This document shows positions 1 to 7,070 of a stretch of DNA of 39,505 nucleotides, piece after piece. The DNA lies in the NCBI GenBank assembly GCA_964633405.1, contig CAZWFV010000002.1, forward strand, positions 1 through 39,505, given 5' to 3'. The position numbers and the translations under genes are program-made. How positions within the stretch are numbered: the stretch's first letter is position 1; every line of letters begins with the position of its first letter. Below the pieces are notes generated by a model, which was given only the letters and a program-made list of their open reading frames with translations, searched no databases and had not been told where the DNA came from. Source of the stretch: an uncultured Candidatus Saccharibacteria bacterium. Lineage in GTDB: Bacteria > Patescibacteriota > Minisyncoccia > UBA6257 > Colwellbacteraceae.

Positions 1-60
1 ATCCGCGGGGATCGTTGTTCCCAAAGGTCGTTACTTTAACAAACTAATAAATTTTTCTAT

Positions 61-552
61 ATGAGGAAGTCGATCAAGGATTGGCTGTCGAGCTTCTCCT
101 TCGTCCTGCCCGGTGTTAGTCAGTATCTCAACGGTGACAATAAGCGGGGGACAGCGCTGGCTTCGACCGCGGTCGTCGGATTGCTCCTGTATAGGTTCGG
201 CGGGGTTTCCTGGTCGGATATAGGCCTTACGATGCTTTTCTTGGCCGTAGCGGTGAACTTGCTTGACATGGTCTTCCAACCTATTTTCTATACGTTGGAT
301 GAGATACATGAATCTCTGCAACGCATAGCCCTGTCCCTTGAGCGGATTGCTCCTCAACTTGAGCTGATCGCCGCCGGATTGAGCCGGATGGACCGGATGC
401 TGCCGGAAAGCGAATACGTTATAAGGCTGGGCAGCGGAGAACTTAAACTCCTGCCGGCCCCGAAACGGTTGCTGATGCTGCCGCCGCCCGAGAAACGGAT
501 ACTGCTCGGAGCAGTAGAGAAGCGCGCAAACGCCAGAAAAGAGTCGGTTTGA
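61..552 (+). CDS. hypothetical membrane protein (163 aa)
   Basis: ATG ORF from the six-frame track. Hydrophobic segments lie in the N-terminal half (FSFVLPGV, ALASTAVVGLLLY, LTMLFLAVAVNLL). The stop is embedded in hairpin 541-562 and followed by hairpin 574-602. No family recognised. Confidence 0.55.
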   Translation: MRKSIKDWLSSFSFVLPGVSQYLNGDNKRGTALASTAVVGLLLYRFGGVSWSDIGLTMLFLAVAVNLLDMVFQPIFYTLDEIHESLQRIALSLERIAPQLELIAAGLSRMDRMLPESEYVIRLGSGELKLLPAPKRLLMLPPPEKRILLGAVEKRANARKESV

Positions 553-573
553 TAGCCGACTCTTTTGCTTAAT

Positions 574-602
574 AAAACACCCCGCCGTAGGCGAGGTGTT
601 TT
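574..602. terminator. bidirectional intrinsic-terminator-like hairpin between convergent genes
   Basis: AAAACACCCCGCC (574-586) pairs with GGCGAGGTGTTTT (590-602) at 12 of 13 positions with a 3-nt loop. An A-run flanks one side and a T-run the other. It lies between the stop at 552 (+) and the stop at 622 (-). Confidence 0.65.
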
Positions 603-621
603 AGTGATATCAGAGACTATC

Positions 622-771
622 TTACACTCCCGGTTTCTTCTCCAACGCAGCCCATAACGCCAGAATGGCGATGATGATACCGAGGACAGCAAGCCAGGCT
701 GGAGTGGCTCCAGTGTACGCGACAACCACTACGAGAAGACCTAGGACTAAGTTTACCCACTGTTTCCACAT
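622..771 (-). CDS. small hydrophobic protein, 49 aa (below the ORF-track cutoff)
   Basis: Hand translation gives MWKQWVNLVLGLLVVVVAYTGATPAWLAVLGIIIAILALWAALEKKPGV, i.e. two predicted TM helices. ATG at 771-769, TAA at 624-622. A TAATAA box (785-780) lies 8 nt upstream of the ATG, matching the leaderless pattern seen elsewhere. The terminator hairpin 574-602 lies downstream. Confidence 0.45.
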   Translation of the reverse strand: MWKQWVNLVLGLLVVVVAYTGATPAWLAVLGIIIAILALWAALEKKPGV

Positions 772-966
772 AGTTTTAGTTATTAAAATTTGTTTTGCGA
801 CCTTTGATTTATTATATCATGATTCGTTCGGTGGCAATCCGAACATGTTGATGACCGTTTTGCGGAGGACAAGCGCTTTGGTTATCTGTCAAGGCGATCT
901 TGTAATCACTAACTGCACCTTAATTACATTATACACCTCGTCGATAGCTGACTGTGGATTGCAATA

Positions 967-975
967 TGGTATAAC
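967..975 (+). promoter_or_regulatory. extended -10 promoter element TGGTATAAC
   Basis: TGnTATAAC lies 6 nt upstream of GTG 982 (12 nt upstream of ATG 988). The same motif class recurs at 4284-4276, 17309-17301, 2346-2354, 26683-26691 and 27730-27722. Confidence 0.45.
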
Positions 976-981
976 TTAATA

Positions 982-1977
982 GTGCAAATGGCTGATACAG
1001 GAAATATGATCAATTCGGGTCCCAGGAGTTTCTCCTACTGGTTTCTAAGAGTGCTCTTCGTGGTTGTCCTATTCTCGGTGGTCTATATAGCTTGGGGAGC
1101 CATAAATCACAGAGCATCTGTTTTTCAGTCTCTGCTTATACCGCAGGTGGTCACCCAGGTATATGACGTCAATGGATATACCATCAGCGGCAGGAGCGTC
1201 GTTGCCGGTACGCCTATACATGATGTGGCGATAGTCTCCCCGGAGGCGACATCGACCGGCCCGGTACCGACAGGTAAGGTTAACTTCAGTCTGTTTAACA
1301 ACGGCAGTTGTACCGAACCGTCGCTGTATGCGGAGAGCGGAGTTGTCCTAAATGCGGCTGTGGCTTCATCCACGCCGACTACCACCCCAGTGGGGACTTA
1401 CTCGTTCTTCGTGAATTACAGTGGCGACGTCGATTACACCTCGGCTACGGCCACATGCGAATACTTCACGGTCGCTCCAGGTTCGCCTTCTACGACTGCG
1501 ACACTCGTGACTAGGACACCCGGTTTCTGGCAGGGACACACCTCTTTTACCGAATTTGTGTTCAATACCCAACTTGGCGGTTCGATGCAGATAGGCAACG
1601 CTCCGCACAAGGGGGTTATAACCACCTACGGACAGCTCTTCGGCGCATTCTATGCCGGCGTATCTACCCAGACTGACGGGACCAATAGGTCAGCTTTGGG
1701 CCGGGCACGGATGCAGCTCTTGGAGCAACTGGTCGCGGCCAAACTCAATTGTGCCACCTTCGGTTGTTCTTCTGGTGCTAGTAATGAGATTGCGGTGGCC
1801 GATACCGCCTATGCCGGGAATTCCGCCAGCGATATATTTAACGCGCAGAGCCAGCTGGATACCTACAATAACAGCGGAGACACTGCGGACATTCCGGCGA
1901 CCTTAGGTTCACCGGGCAACGCAACCCCCAAGACATCTCAAAGTCTGGCCGACCTGTCTTTCTGGGACAACCCCTAA
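982..1977 (+). CDS. secreted/membrane-anchored protein with an Ig-like beta-rich domain (331 aa)
   Basis: An N-terminal TM/signal anchor (FLRVLFVVVLFSVVYIAWGA) is followed by a T/S/V-rich beta-type region and a C-terminal Cys-containing domain. The start is GTG 982 or ATG 988. No precise family recognised. Confidence 0.7.
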   Translation: MQMADTGNMINSGPRSFSYWFLRVLFVVVLFSVVYIAWGAINHRASVFQSLLIPQVVTQVYDVNGYTISGRSVVAGTPIHDVAIVSPEATSTGPVPTGKVNFSLFNNGSCTEPSLYAESGVVLNAAVASSTPTTTPVGTYSFFVNYSGDVDYTSATATCEYFTVAPGSPSTTATLVTRTPGFWQGHTSFTEFVFNTQLGGSMQIGNAPHKGVITTYGQLFGAFYAGVSTQTDGTNRSALGRARMQLLEQLVAAKLNCATFGCSSGASNEIAVADTAYAGNSASDIFNAQSQLDTYNNSGDTADIPATLGSPGNATPKTSQSLADLSFWDNP

Positions 1978-1990
1978 CGTTCTGGTCGAA

Positions 1991-2341
1991 ATGGCCAAAA
2001 CGGTCTTTATAGCCCATCCTATAGCCGGAGACGTAGAGAGAAATATGAAGAAGGTCCTCGAGATCTGCGAGGCCGTGCATACAAAGGACATCATTCCAGT
2101 GGCCCCTTATCTTGTGTCATTGCAGTACCTGGACGATAAATTGGTAGAGGAGAGGGAGCTCGGTGCTGCCGCCAATATGGAATGTCTGCACAAGAGATAT
2201 GTGGACGAGGTATGGCTTTTCGGGGATCGTATATCGAATGGGATGTCGAAGGAGATATCGCTGGCGATGGAGCTGGGCATACCGGTGATCCCCAAAACGA
2301 CCGAGACAAAGGGGGCCTTGGAAAAATTGATGGGCAAATAA
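1991..2341 (+). CDS. nucleoside 2-deoxyribosyltransferase-like / DUF4406-like small protein (116 aa)
   Basis: The N-terminal MAKTVFIAHPIAGD and C-terminal VWLFGDRISNGMSKEISLAMELGIPV resemble the Rossmann-like NDT/DUF4406 fold pattern. The assignment is from memory of the family. Confidence 0.6.
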   Translation: MAKTVFIAHPIAGDVERNMKKVLEICEAVHTKDIIPVAPYLVSLQYLDDKLVEERELGAAANMECLHKRYVDEVWLFGDRISNGMSKEISLAMELGIPVIPKTTETKGALEKLMGK

Positions 2342-2354
2342 GATATGATATAAC
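2327..2354 (+). promoter_or_regulatory. promoter of the riboswitch unit (-35 TTGATG, extended -10 TGATATAAC)
   Basis: TTGATG at 2327-2332, a 16-nt spacer with TG at 2346-2347, and TATAAC at 2349-2354. It overlaps the stop codon of the upstream gene. The predicted TSS is near 2361, about 10 nt before riboswitch helix P1. Confidence 0.5.
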
Positions 2355-2370
2355 TCTATTAACAACTTAA

Positions 2371-2474
2371 GATTTTATCGCGAGCGGCGGTTAGAGTTCT
2401 GGCTCGGTGACCCGCCCGGCAACCCTTCGAGGGAGAAGGTGCCACATCCAGCCTGCAAGGGAAAGATAAAAGTC
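2371..2474 (+). promoter_or_regulatory. SAM-I (S-box) riboswitch aptamer
   Basis: Element-by-element match to the remembered SAM-I consensus. P1: TTTTATC 2373-2379 / GATAAAA 2465-2471. J1/2: GCGAG. P2: GGCGG 2386-2390 / CCGCC 2412-2416, with GA-rich k-turn-like strands. P2 loop CTGG 2399-2402 is complementary to CCAG 2448-2451 (pseudoknot). P3: GGCAACC 2418-2424 / GGTGCC 2438-2443. J3/4: ACATCC. J4/1: GAAAGATAA. Confidence 0.85.
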
Positions 2475-2486
2475 GGAAAACATCAA

Positions 2487-2516
2487 CCTCTTTTCTTGTA
2501 GAAGAGGATTTTAATT
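2487..2516 (+). terminator. intrinsic terminator / expression platform of the SAM-I riboswitch
   Basis: The stem CCTCTTT 2487-2493 / GAAGAGG 2501-2507 has a 7-nt loop and is followed by ATTTTAATT. The reverse strand also folds and is followed by TTGATGTTTT, so it may also terminate the convergent def-fmt-tRNA transcript. Confidence 0.75.
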
Positions 2517-2643
2517 CAAACAAACGAAAGACAAACATCTATCGAACTCTTGGATTGATAGCGAAACCCAGAACGACTATCACCAGCTGCTTATGGAGTT
2601 TGAGGAGAAGTTGTAGCTAGGGGTGCTTGCAGGGGTAAAACTG

Positions 2644-2714
2644 CTGCGGGACAGGGATTCGAACCCCAGTTTTTTGGTTCAGAGCCAAACGTCCTACCAC
2701 TAGACGATCCCGCA
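2644..2714 (-). tRNA. tRNA-Gln (anticodon CUG)
   Basis: Hand-folded 71-nt cloverleaf. Acceptor TGCGGGA/TCCCGCA, D arm GTCT-AGTGGTA-GGAC, anticodon arm TTTGG-CTCTGAA-CCAAA, T arm with the GGTTCGAATCC motif, discriminator G. No encoded CCA. Confidence 0.93.
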
Positions 2715-2725
2715 ATATAAGCTTC

Positions 2726-3574
2726 TTAGCTTAAAAAACGAGGCTTTCTGCCTTCTTCTTGAATTGTAGTTAGTTTAAGCCGAGAGTCAACGATTTCAGC
2801 CCTAAGTAGTTTTACTCGCTTGCCGTCTCGTATCGTATAGGTTCCGGGTTCGGGATTCATCCCTAGTATCTTTCTGAGTATACCCATGGCCATTTTCATA
2901 TCTTGTCCGCTTTCTGCGGAATCCAAATCAGCCGGTTCTATATAAGCATCCTCAGATTTTATCTTTTTCGTGAAGGTAGTATTGGCTTCTACTTGCGGTT
3001 CCGGTTTTATCCCTGAAGCAGCGAATTTCGGCAGTGTCTTTAAAAGCAACTCCCCGGCATATCTGGCTAGTGACTCCTCCAATTCAAGATAGGTCCTCGA
3101 ATCGACAGTTATCTTTTCCGATCTGGCTATAACCGGCCCGTGATCGACTTTCTCATCCATCATATACAAAGTAACTCCCGTCTCGGATTCCCCGGTCAGT
3201 ATAACGCTCTGGATAGGGGAGGGACCACGGAATTTAGGAAGAATAGATGGATGTGTGCCAACGACTCCTAAGTGAGGTATTTTCAGTAAAGAATCGGGCA
3301 GAATCTTCGCATATGCGACGACAACAAAGAAATCCGCATTCAGCTGCTTCAGCTTATCTAAGAATTCATCGTCTATTTTAACCGGCTGTAATATTTGGAT
3401 ATCCGCTTTATTATCCAGAATGACCTGCTTAACTGGCGGGGGAGTGACAACCTTCTTCCTGCCAACCGGTTTGTCGACATTACAAACCACCGCTATCGGC
3501 GGCAGGCCGCCGTCAATAAGTCTCTCTAGGACTATCGCCGCGAATTTCGGGGTACCAAGGAAGACGTATCTCAT
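2726..3574 (-). CDS. fmt: methionyl-tRNA formyltransferase (282 aa, short form)
   Basis: N-terminal MRYVFLGTPKFA and the formyltransferase core (VVAYAKILP, GVVGTHPSILPKFRGPSPIQ). ATGA start/stop overlap with def. Confidence 0.93.
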   Translation of the reverse strand: MRYVFLGTPKFAAIVLERLIDGGLPPIAVVCNVDKPVGRKKVVTPPPVKQVILDNKADIQILQPVKIDDEFLDKLKQLNADFFVVVAYAKILPDSLLKIPHLGVVGTHPSILPKFRGPSPIQSVILTGESETGVTLYMMDEKVDHGPVIARSEKITVDSRTYLELEESLARYAGELLLKTLPKFAASGIKPEPQVEANTTFTKKIKSEDAYIEPADLDSAESGQDMKMAMGILRKILGMNPEPGTYTIRDGKRVKLLRAEIVDSRLKLTTIQEEGRKPRFLS

Positions 3575-4032
3575 CTTCTCTTCACGTGATCTAGAAATAT
3601 CTTACCGTTCAAGTGGTCAACCTCGTGCTGGAATGCCCTGGCCAGTAACCCGAAGGCCTTTATTTTTAATTTCTTGCCGTTTTTGTCATAACCGATCAAG
3701 GTGACCCTCTCGGCTCTCGTGACTGGTTTGAAATCGTTGGGAACGCTGAGGCACCCTTCATCCATTATCGACTTGTCCTTGGAAACCTTGGCTATCTCCG
3801 GATTGAACACGGCATAGAACTTGCGTTCCACCCTAGCGACAAACACCCGCATATTCAACCCGATCTGGTTGGCGGACAAGCCAATGCCGTTCGCATCCTC
3901 CATGGTCTTGCGCATCATCCTCACCAGATCGCCGATCTCTTTCCTAGAGAAGGCCTTAAAATCAAACGGCGCTGTAGCCTTGCGGAGGAATTTCTCCTCG
4001 CTGCTATTTTTTATGGTCAGAATCTTTCCCAT
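3571..4032 (-). CDS. def: peptide deformylase
   Basis: The three PDF motifs are present: GIGLSANQIG, EGCLS and HEVDHLNG. Confidence 0.95.
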   Translation of the reverse strand: MGKILTIKNSSEEKFLRKATAPFDFKAFSRKEIGDLVRMMRKTMEDANGIGLSANQIGLNMRVFVARVERKFYAVFNPEIAKVSKDKSIMDEGCLSVPNDFKPVTRAERVTLIGYDKNGKKLKIKAFGLLARAFQHEVDHLNGKIFLDHVKRR

Positions 4033-4267
4033 GATAGAGAAGCCTCATGAAATATGCTCCCTTATTCTTCACATTCTTGCGCTCGGCTATGTCCTTAGCG
4101 AGCTTTATAAGTTTATCGGGATTGTACGATTTAGCCAATTTCATGTAGAGGGCCTTGTGTTCTTCGTCCTCGAGCGTTTTGGCCAGGGTTAGTCCGACCA
4201 GTTGATGAAATGAATATACCTTCGATTCCTTGGTCCTCTTTTTTAATGTCTCGAGGTACTTATCCAT
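4004..4267 (-). CDS. hypothetical basic protein (87 aa), first gene of the def-fmt operon
   Basis: ATG at 4267. A consensus extended -10 box TGGTATAAT (4284-4276) sits 8 nt upstream. The ORF overlaps the def start by 29 nt. No family recognised. Confidence 0.65.
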   Translation of the reverse strand: MDKYLETLKKRTKESKVYSFHQLVGLTLAKTLEDEEHKALYMKLAKSYNPDKLIKLAKDIAERKNVKNKGAYFMRLLYHGKDSDHKK

Positions 4268-4270
4268 TTG

Positions 4271-4299
4271 TTGCCATTATACCAGAATCCCCGTAGAAT
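4271..4299 (+). promoter_or_regulatory. sigma70-like promoter of ctpA-rplI
   Basis: TTGCCA 4271-4276, a 17-nt spacer, TAGAAT 4294-4299. The predicted TSS near 4306 would favour ATG 4312 over ATG 4303 as the ctpA start. Confidence 0.5.
4276..4284 (-). promoter_or_regulatory. extended -10 promoter TGGTATAAT (leaderless start at 4267)
   Basis: The reverse complement of 4276-4284 is TGGTATAAT. An 8-nt spacer separates it from the ATG. It overlaps the divergent ctpA promoter. Confidence 0.6.
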
Positions 4300-4302
4300 C
4301 TT

Positions 4303-5652
4303 ATGGTAAGTATGCCTGGAAAAATTAGGAAGATAGAGGAAGAGCGTGCCGAGATCGACATCAAGGTTGAAAGGGACACCAGAGAGGACAATACCGACGT
4401 AAAACCGAAGAGACGTTGGCATTCTTTGTGGTACAGCAAGGTCATAATCGTGATTCTTCTGGCCGTTATTTTTAGTTCCGGCGTCTATGGAGGATATTAT
4501 TACGGCTTCAAGAAGGGTTTATCGCAGACCAAGACAATAAATATCACCGGCATAGCCGGTGGCACCACCCCCAAGAATGTGACTGCCGACTTCTCGGAGT
4601 TCTGGCAGCTATGGGATCTATTAAAAGGCTCTCAGGTGGACTCGAAGTCCGTGAGCGACCAGCAGTTATTGTACGGTGCCATGTCCGGCCTGGCTGGAGC
4701 ATACAACGACCCATACACGGTTTATTTCGACCCCAAGAGCGCCAACGAGTTCCTCGGCGACGTTAACGGCAGTTTCGGCGGGATAGGCGCTGAGCTCGGT
4801 TCCAAGGAGGGGCAGCTCATAATCATCGCCCCGCTGAAAGATACTCCGGCGGCCGCGGCCGGCCTGCAGGCCCAGGATCAGATACTGGACATTGATTCAA
4901 CCTCAACTGCCAATATGACCATAGATCAGGCGGTGCAGCTAATCCGCGGCGACCCGGGAACGAAAGTAGATCTCACTATATTTAGGGACAGCTGGAGCCA
5001 GCCCAAGGTGATCACCATTACCCGGGCGGTGATCAATGTTCCTACGGTTGATTCGAGCATAAAGGACGGCGATGTACTGTACCTGCAGTTGGATAGCTTT
5101 GATGCCAATGCCAGCCAGCTGTTCGGCAGCGCCGTCATCAATGGTCTGCTAAAGGGAGCTCACGGAATGGTCTTGGATCTGCGTGACGATCCGGGAGGCT
5201 ATCTTGACCAGGCGGTTAATATAGCCGGATGGTTTCTGAACCCCGGCTCAGTGGTGGTAAAAGAACGTTATGCCGACGGGACGGAGACGATCCTGACCGC
5301 CGAGGGCAACGCGGCCCTCAAGAACTTCCCGGTAGTGATCCTTATAAACGGCGGTTCGGCCTCAGCCTCCGAGATCCTGTCCGGGGCATTAAGGGTGGAC
5401 AGAGGAGTTAAGCTGATCGGTGACAAGAGTTTCGGCAAAGGATCGGTCCAGCAGGTAACCCAGTTCTTGGATGGCTCGGCGGCGAAGATAACCATTGCCA
5501 AGTGGCTACTTCCGGACGGCAGCGCAATAGATAAAGTGGGTCTGGTTCCGGATTACAACGTATCTATGTCGGCTACGGATACCCAAGCCGATCCTCAGTT
5601 GGCTAAAGCCCTGCAGGTGCTCCAGGGCGAGATGTCTGGCGCGAACAAGTAA
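4303..5652 (+). CDS. ctpA: carboxy-terminal processing (S41) peptidase with PDZ domain
   Basis: An N-terminal TM anchor, a PDZ-like region (GGIGAELG...IIAPLKDTPAAAAGLQAQDQIL), and the S41 core (VVILINGGSASASEILSGAL, FGKGSVQ). The alternative start ATG 4312 is favoured by the promoter position. Confidence 0.9.
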   Translation: MVSMPGKIRKIEEERAEIDIKVERDTREDNTDVKPKRRWHSLWYSKVIIVILLAVIFSSGVYGGYYYGFKKGLSQTKTINITGIAGGTTPKNVTADFSEFWQLWDLLKGSQVDSKSVSDQQLLYGAMSGLAGAYNDPYTVYFDPKSANEFLGDVNGSFGGIGAELGSKEGQLIIIAPLKDTPAAAAGLQAQDQILDIDSTSTANMTIDQAVQLIRGDPGTKVDLTIFRDSWSQPKVITITRAVINVPTVDSSIKDGDVLYLQLDSFDANASQLFGSAVINGLLKGAHGMVLDLRDDPGGYLDQAVNIAGWFLNPGSVVVKERYADGTETILTAEGNAALKNFPVVILINGGSASASEILSGALRVDRGVKLIGDKSFGKGSVQQVTQFLDGSAAKITIAKWLLPDGSAIDKVGLVPDYNVSMSATDTQADPQLAKALQVLQGEMSGANK

Positions 5653-6101
5653 TGAAGGTGATTCTCCTGCAGGACCTCCGCGGTTTAGGCAAGAAAAATG
5701 ACATTAAAGATGTCTCCGAAGGCTACGGCCGTAATTTCCTGATCCCTCGGGGCATAGTTAAAATCGCCGATCAGGCTGCACTGGCTGAGCTCAAATCTAA
5801 GGCTGAGGAAGAGAAGAAACACATTGAAGCAAACAGGGTGAAGTTAAACGAGCTGATCAGAGCCACCGAGGAGGCCCCGCTCATATTCAAATTGAGAGTG
5901 GGAGAGAGAAATGAGATCTTCGGCTCGGTGACGCCCAAAGACATAAAGGCAGAGATAAAGTCTGTCTATCCGAAATTAAGCCCCGATGAGTTAGATATAA
6001 AAAACGAGCGCCCCATTAAGGCTCTCGGTTCGCATGACGTTATGATTAGCTTGAGGGGGGGAGTGGAGGGTAAAGTCAGGGTGCTTATCGAAAAGGCTTA
6101 A
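5652..6101 (+). CDS. rplI: 50S ribosomal protein L9
   Basis: [34 protein letters not shown] is the canonical L9 N-terminus. TAATG overlap with the ctpA stop. Confidence 0.93.
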   Translation: MKVILLQDLRGLGKKNDIKDVSEGYGRNFLIPRGIVKIADQAALAELKSKAEEEKKHIEANRVKLNELIRATEEAPLIFKLRVGERNEIFGSVTPKDIKAEIKSVYPKLSPDELDIKNERPIKALGSHDVMISLRGGVEGKVRVLIEKA

Positions 6102-6376
6102 TTTGGGACTACCGAAACAAGTTTGGCATAGCGGATGTTGCGGTCAAAACGCACCTTCTTCTTAGTGGTGAACTTAACCGTCCCGGCTTTGGCTGCAAAC
6201 AGGGTATCGTCACTGCCTATGCTTACATTCTTCCCGGCGATGAAGTGCGAGCCGCGCTGCCTTACTATTATTTGTCCAGGCATAGCCTTCTGGCCATCAT
6301 GAAGTTTAACGCCAAGCCTCTTGGCGGCGGATTCACGGCCTAACTTTGTTGAACCTCCTGCTTTTGTATGTGCCAT
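6098..6376 (-). CDS. rpmA: 50S ribosomal protein L27
   Basis: [24 protein letters not shown]...IIVRQRG is canonical L27. The stop overlaps the rplI stop in a TTAA palindrome. Confidence 0.95.
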   Translation of the reverse strand: MAHTKAGGSTKLGRESAAKRLGVKLHDGQKAMPGQIIVRQRGSHFIAGKNVSIGSDDTLFAAKAGTVKFTTKKKVRFDRNIRYAKLVSVVPN

Positions 6377-6486
6377 CCACTTATATAGATATGCTTATTT
6401 AGAACGGTATCATTATGGCTTTTGATTGGCGGTTATGTCAATCCCTTATCGACACGTCTGGCCTTTAATGATTAAATTATATCAAT

Positions 6487-7050
6487 ATGGAGATTCAGAA
6501 CGGCAAATATTATGAGTTGGGCAGGCATGCTCTTATGTATTCTATAGTTCAACACAGCACCGTACCCCTCGTTACGCTGGTGATAAGCGGCATTCTGGGG
6601 GTTATAGCCTCATCCCTGCCCGGCGCCTCATCCTTCGGACAGATCCTGGCCGTAGTCTCCCTTCTGCTTGTGGGTCTAGCGATAGTAATAGAAGTAATAG
6701 CCGCGATTGTGGCAAAGCTGGAATACTCCGTCTCTAAAATTATGCTGGATGACACCTCTTTGAGAGTGGTATCCGGTATCTTTAATAAAGAGGAAGTGGC
6801 TATACCCTTCAGGCGTATCGAGAGCGTTGAAATAAAACAGGGCATGTTGCATCAGATGATGCACGTAGGCCACGTGGTTGTGTCTACAATAACCGATTTT
6901 GAAATGCCCGGTCAGAAAGAGAACGAGTCTGACGAGGAGGTGGTGCCGATTATGGATTACGACCTCTCAAAAGCAGTAGCCGACGCCCTGACCTCTAGAG
7001 CTGAAGTGGAGCGTATGCATGTGGAGGGGGCATCCAACATCGCCAAATAA
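6487..7050 (+). CDS. membrane protein with bacterial PH domain (YdbS/YdbT-like)
   Basis: Two TM helices are followed by LRVVSGIFNKEEVAIPFRRIESVEIKQGMLHQMMHVGHVVVST, typical of the bPH_2/DUF304 family. Confidence 0.75.
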   Translation: MEIQNGKYYELGRHALMYSIVQHSTVPLVTLVISGILGVIASSLPGASSFGQILAVVSLLLVGLAIVIEVIAAIVAKLEYSVSKIMLDDTSLRVVSGIFNKEEVAIPFRRIESVEIKQGMLHQMMHVGHVVVSTITDFEMPGQKENESDEEVVPIMDYDLSKAVADALTSRAEVERMHVEGASNIAK

Positions 7051-7070
7051 GCATCCCATCTAAGGCTAGT

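Noticed and set aside
2371-2474. My first impression was a ykkC/guanidine-I type riboswitch: TAGAGTTCTGGC resembles CUAGGGUUCCGGC, and GGGAAAGATAAAAG resembles GGGAUAAAAGCCC.
   Set aside because: The P3 hairpin (GGG...CCC) and the ACACGG element cannot be formed. The same nucleotides fit the SAM-I consensus far better (P1, k-turn P2, GGCAACC/GGUGCC P3, pseudoknot, GAAAGAU).
6098-6101. rplI and rpmA stop codons overlap in a TTAA palindrome with no terminator between the convergent genes.
   Set aside because: It is real, but it is a trivial consequence of genome compaction and not evidence of a regulatory system.
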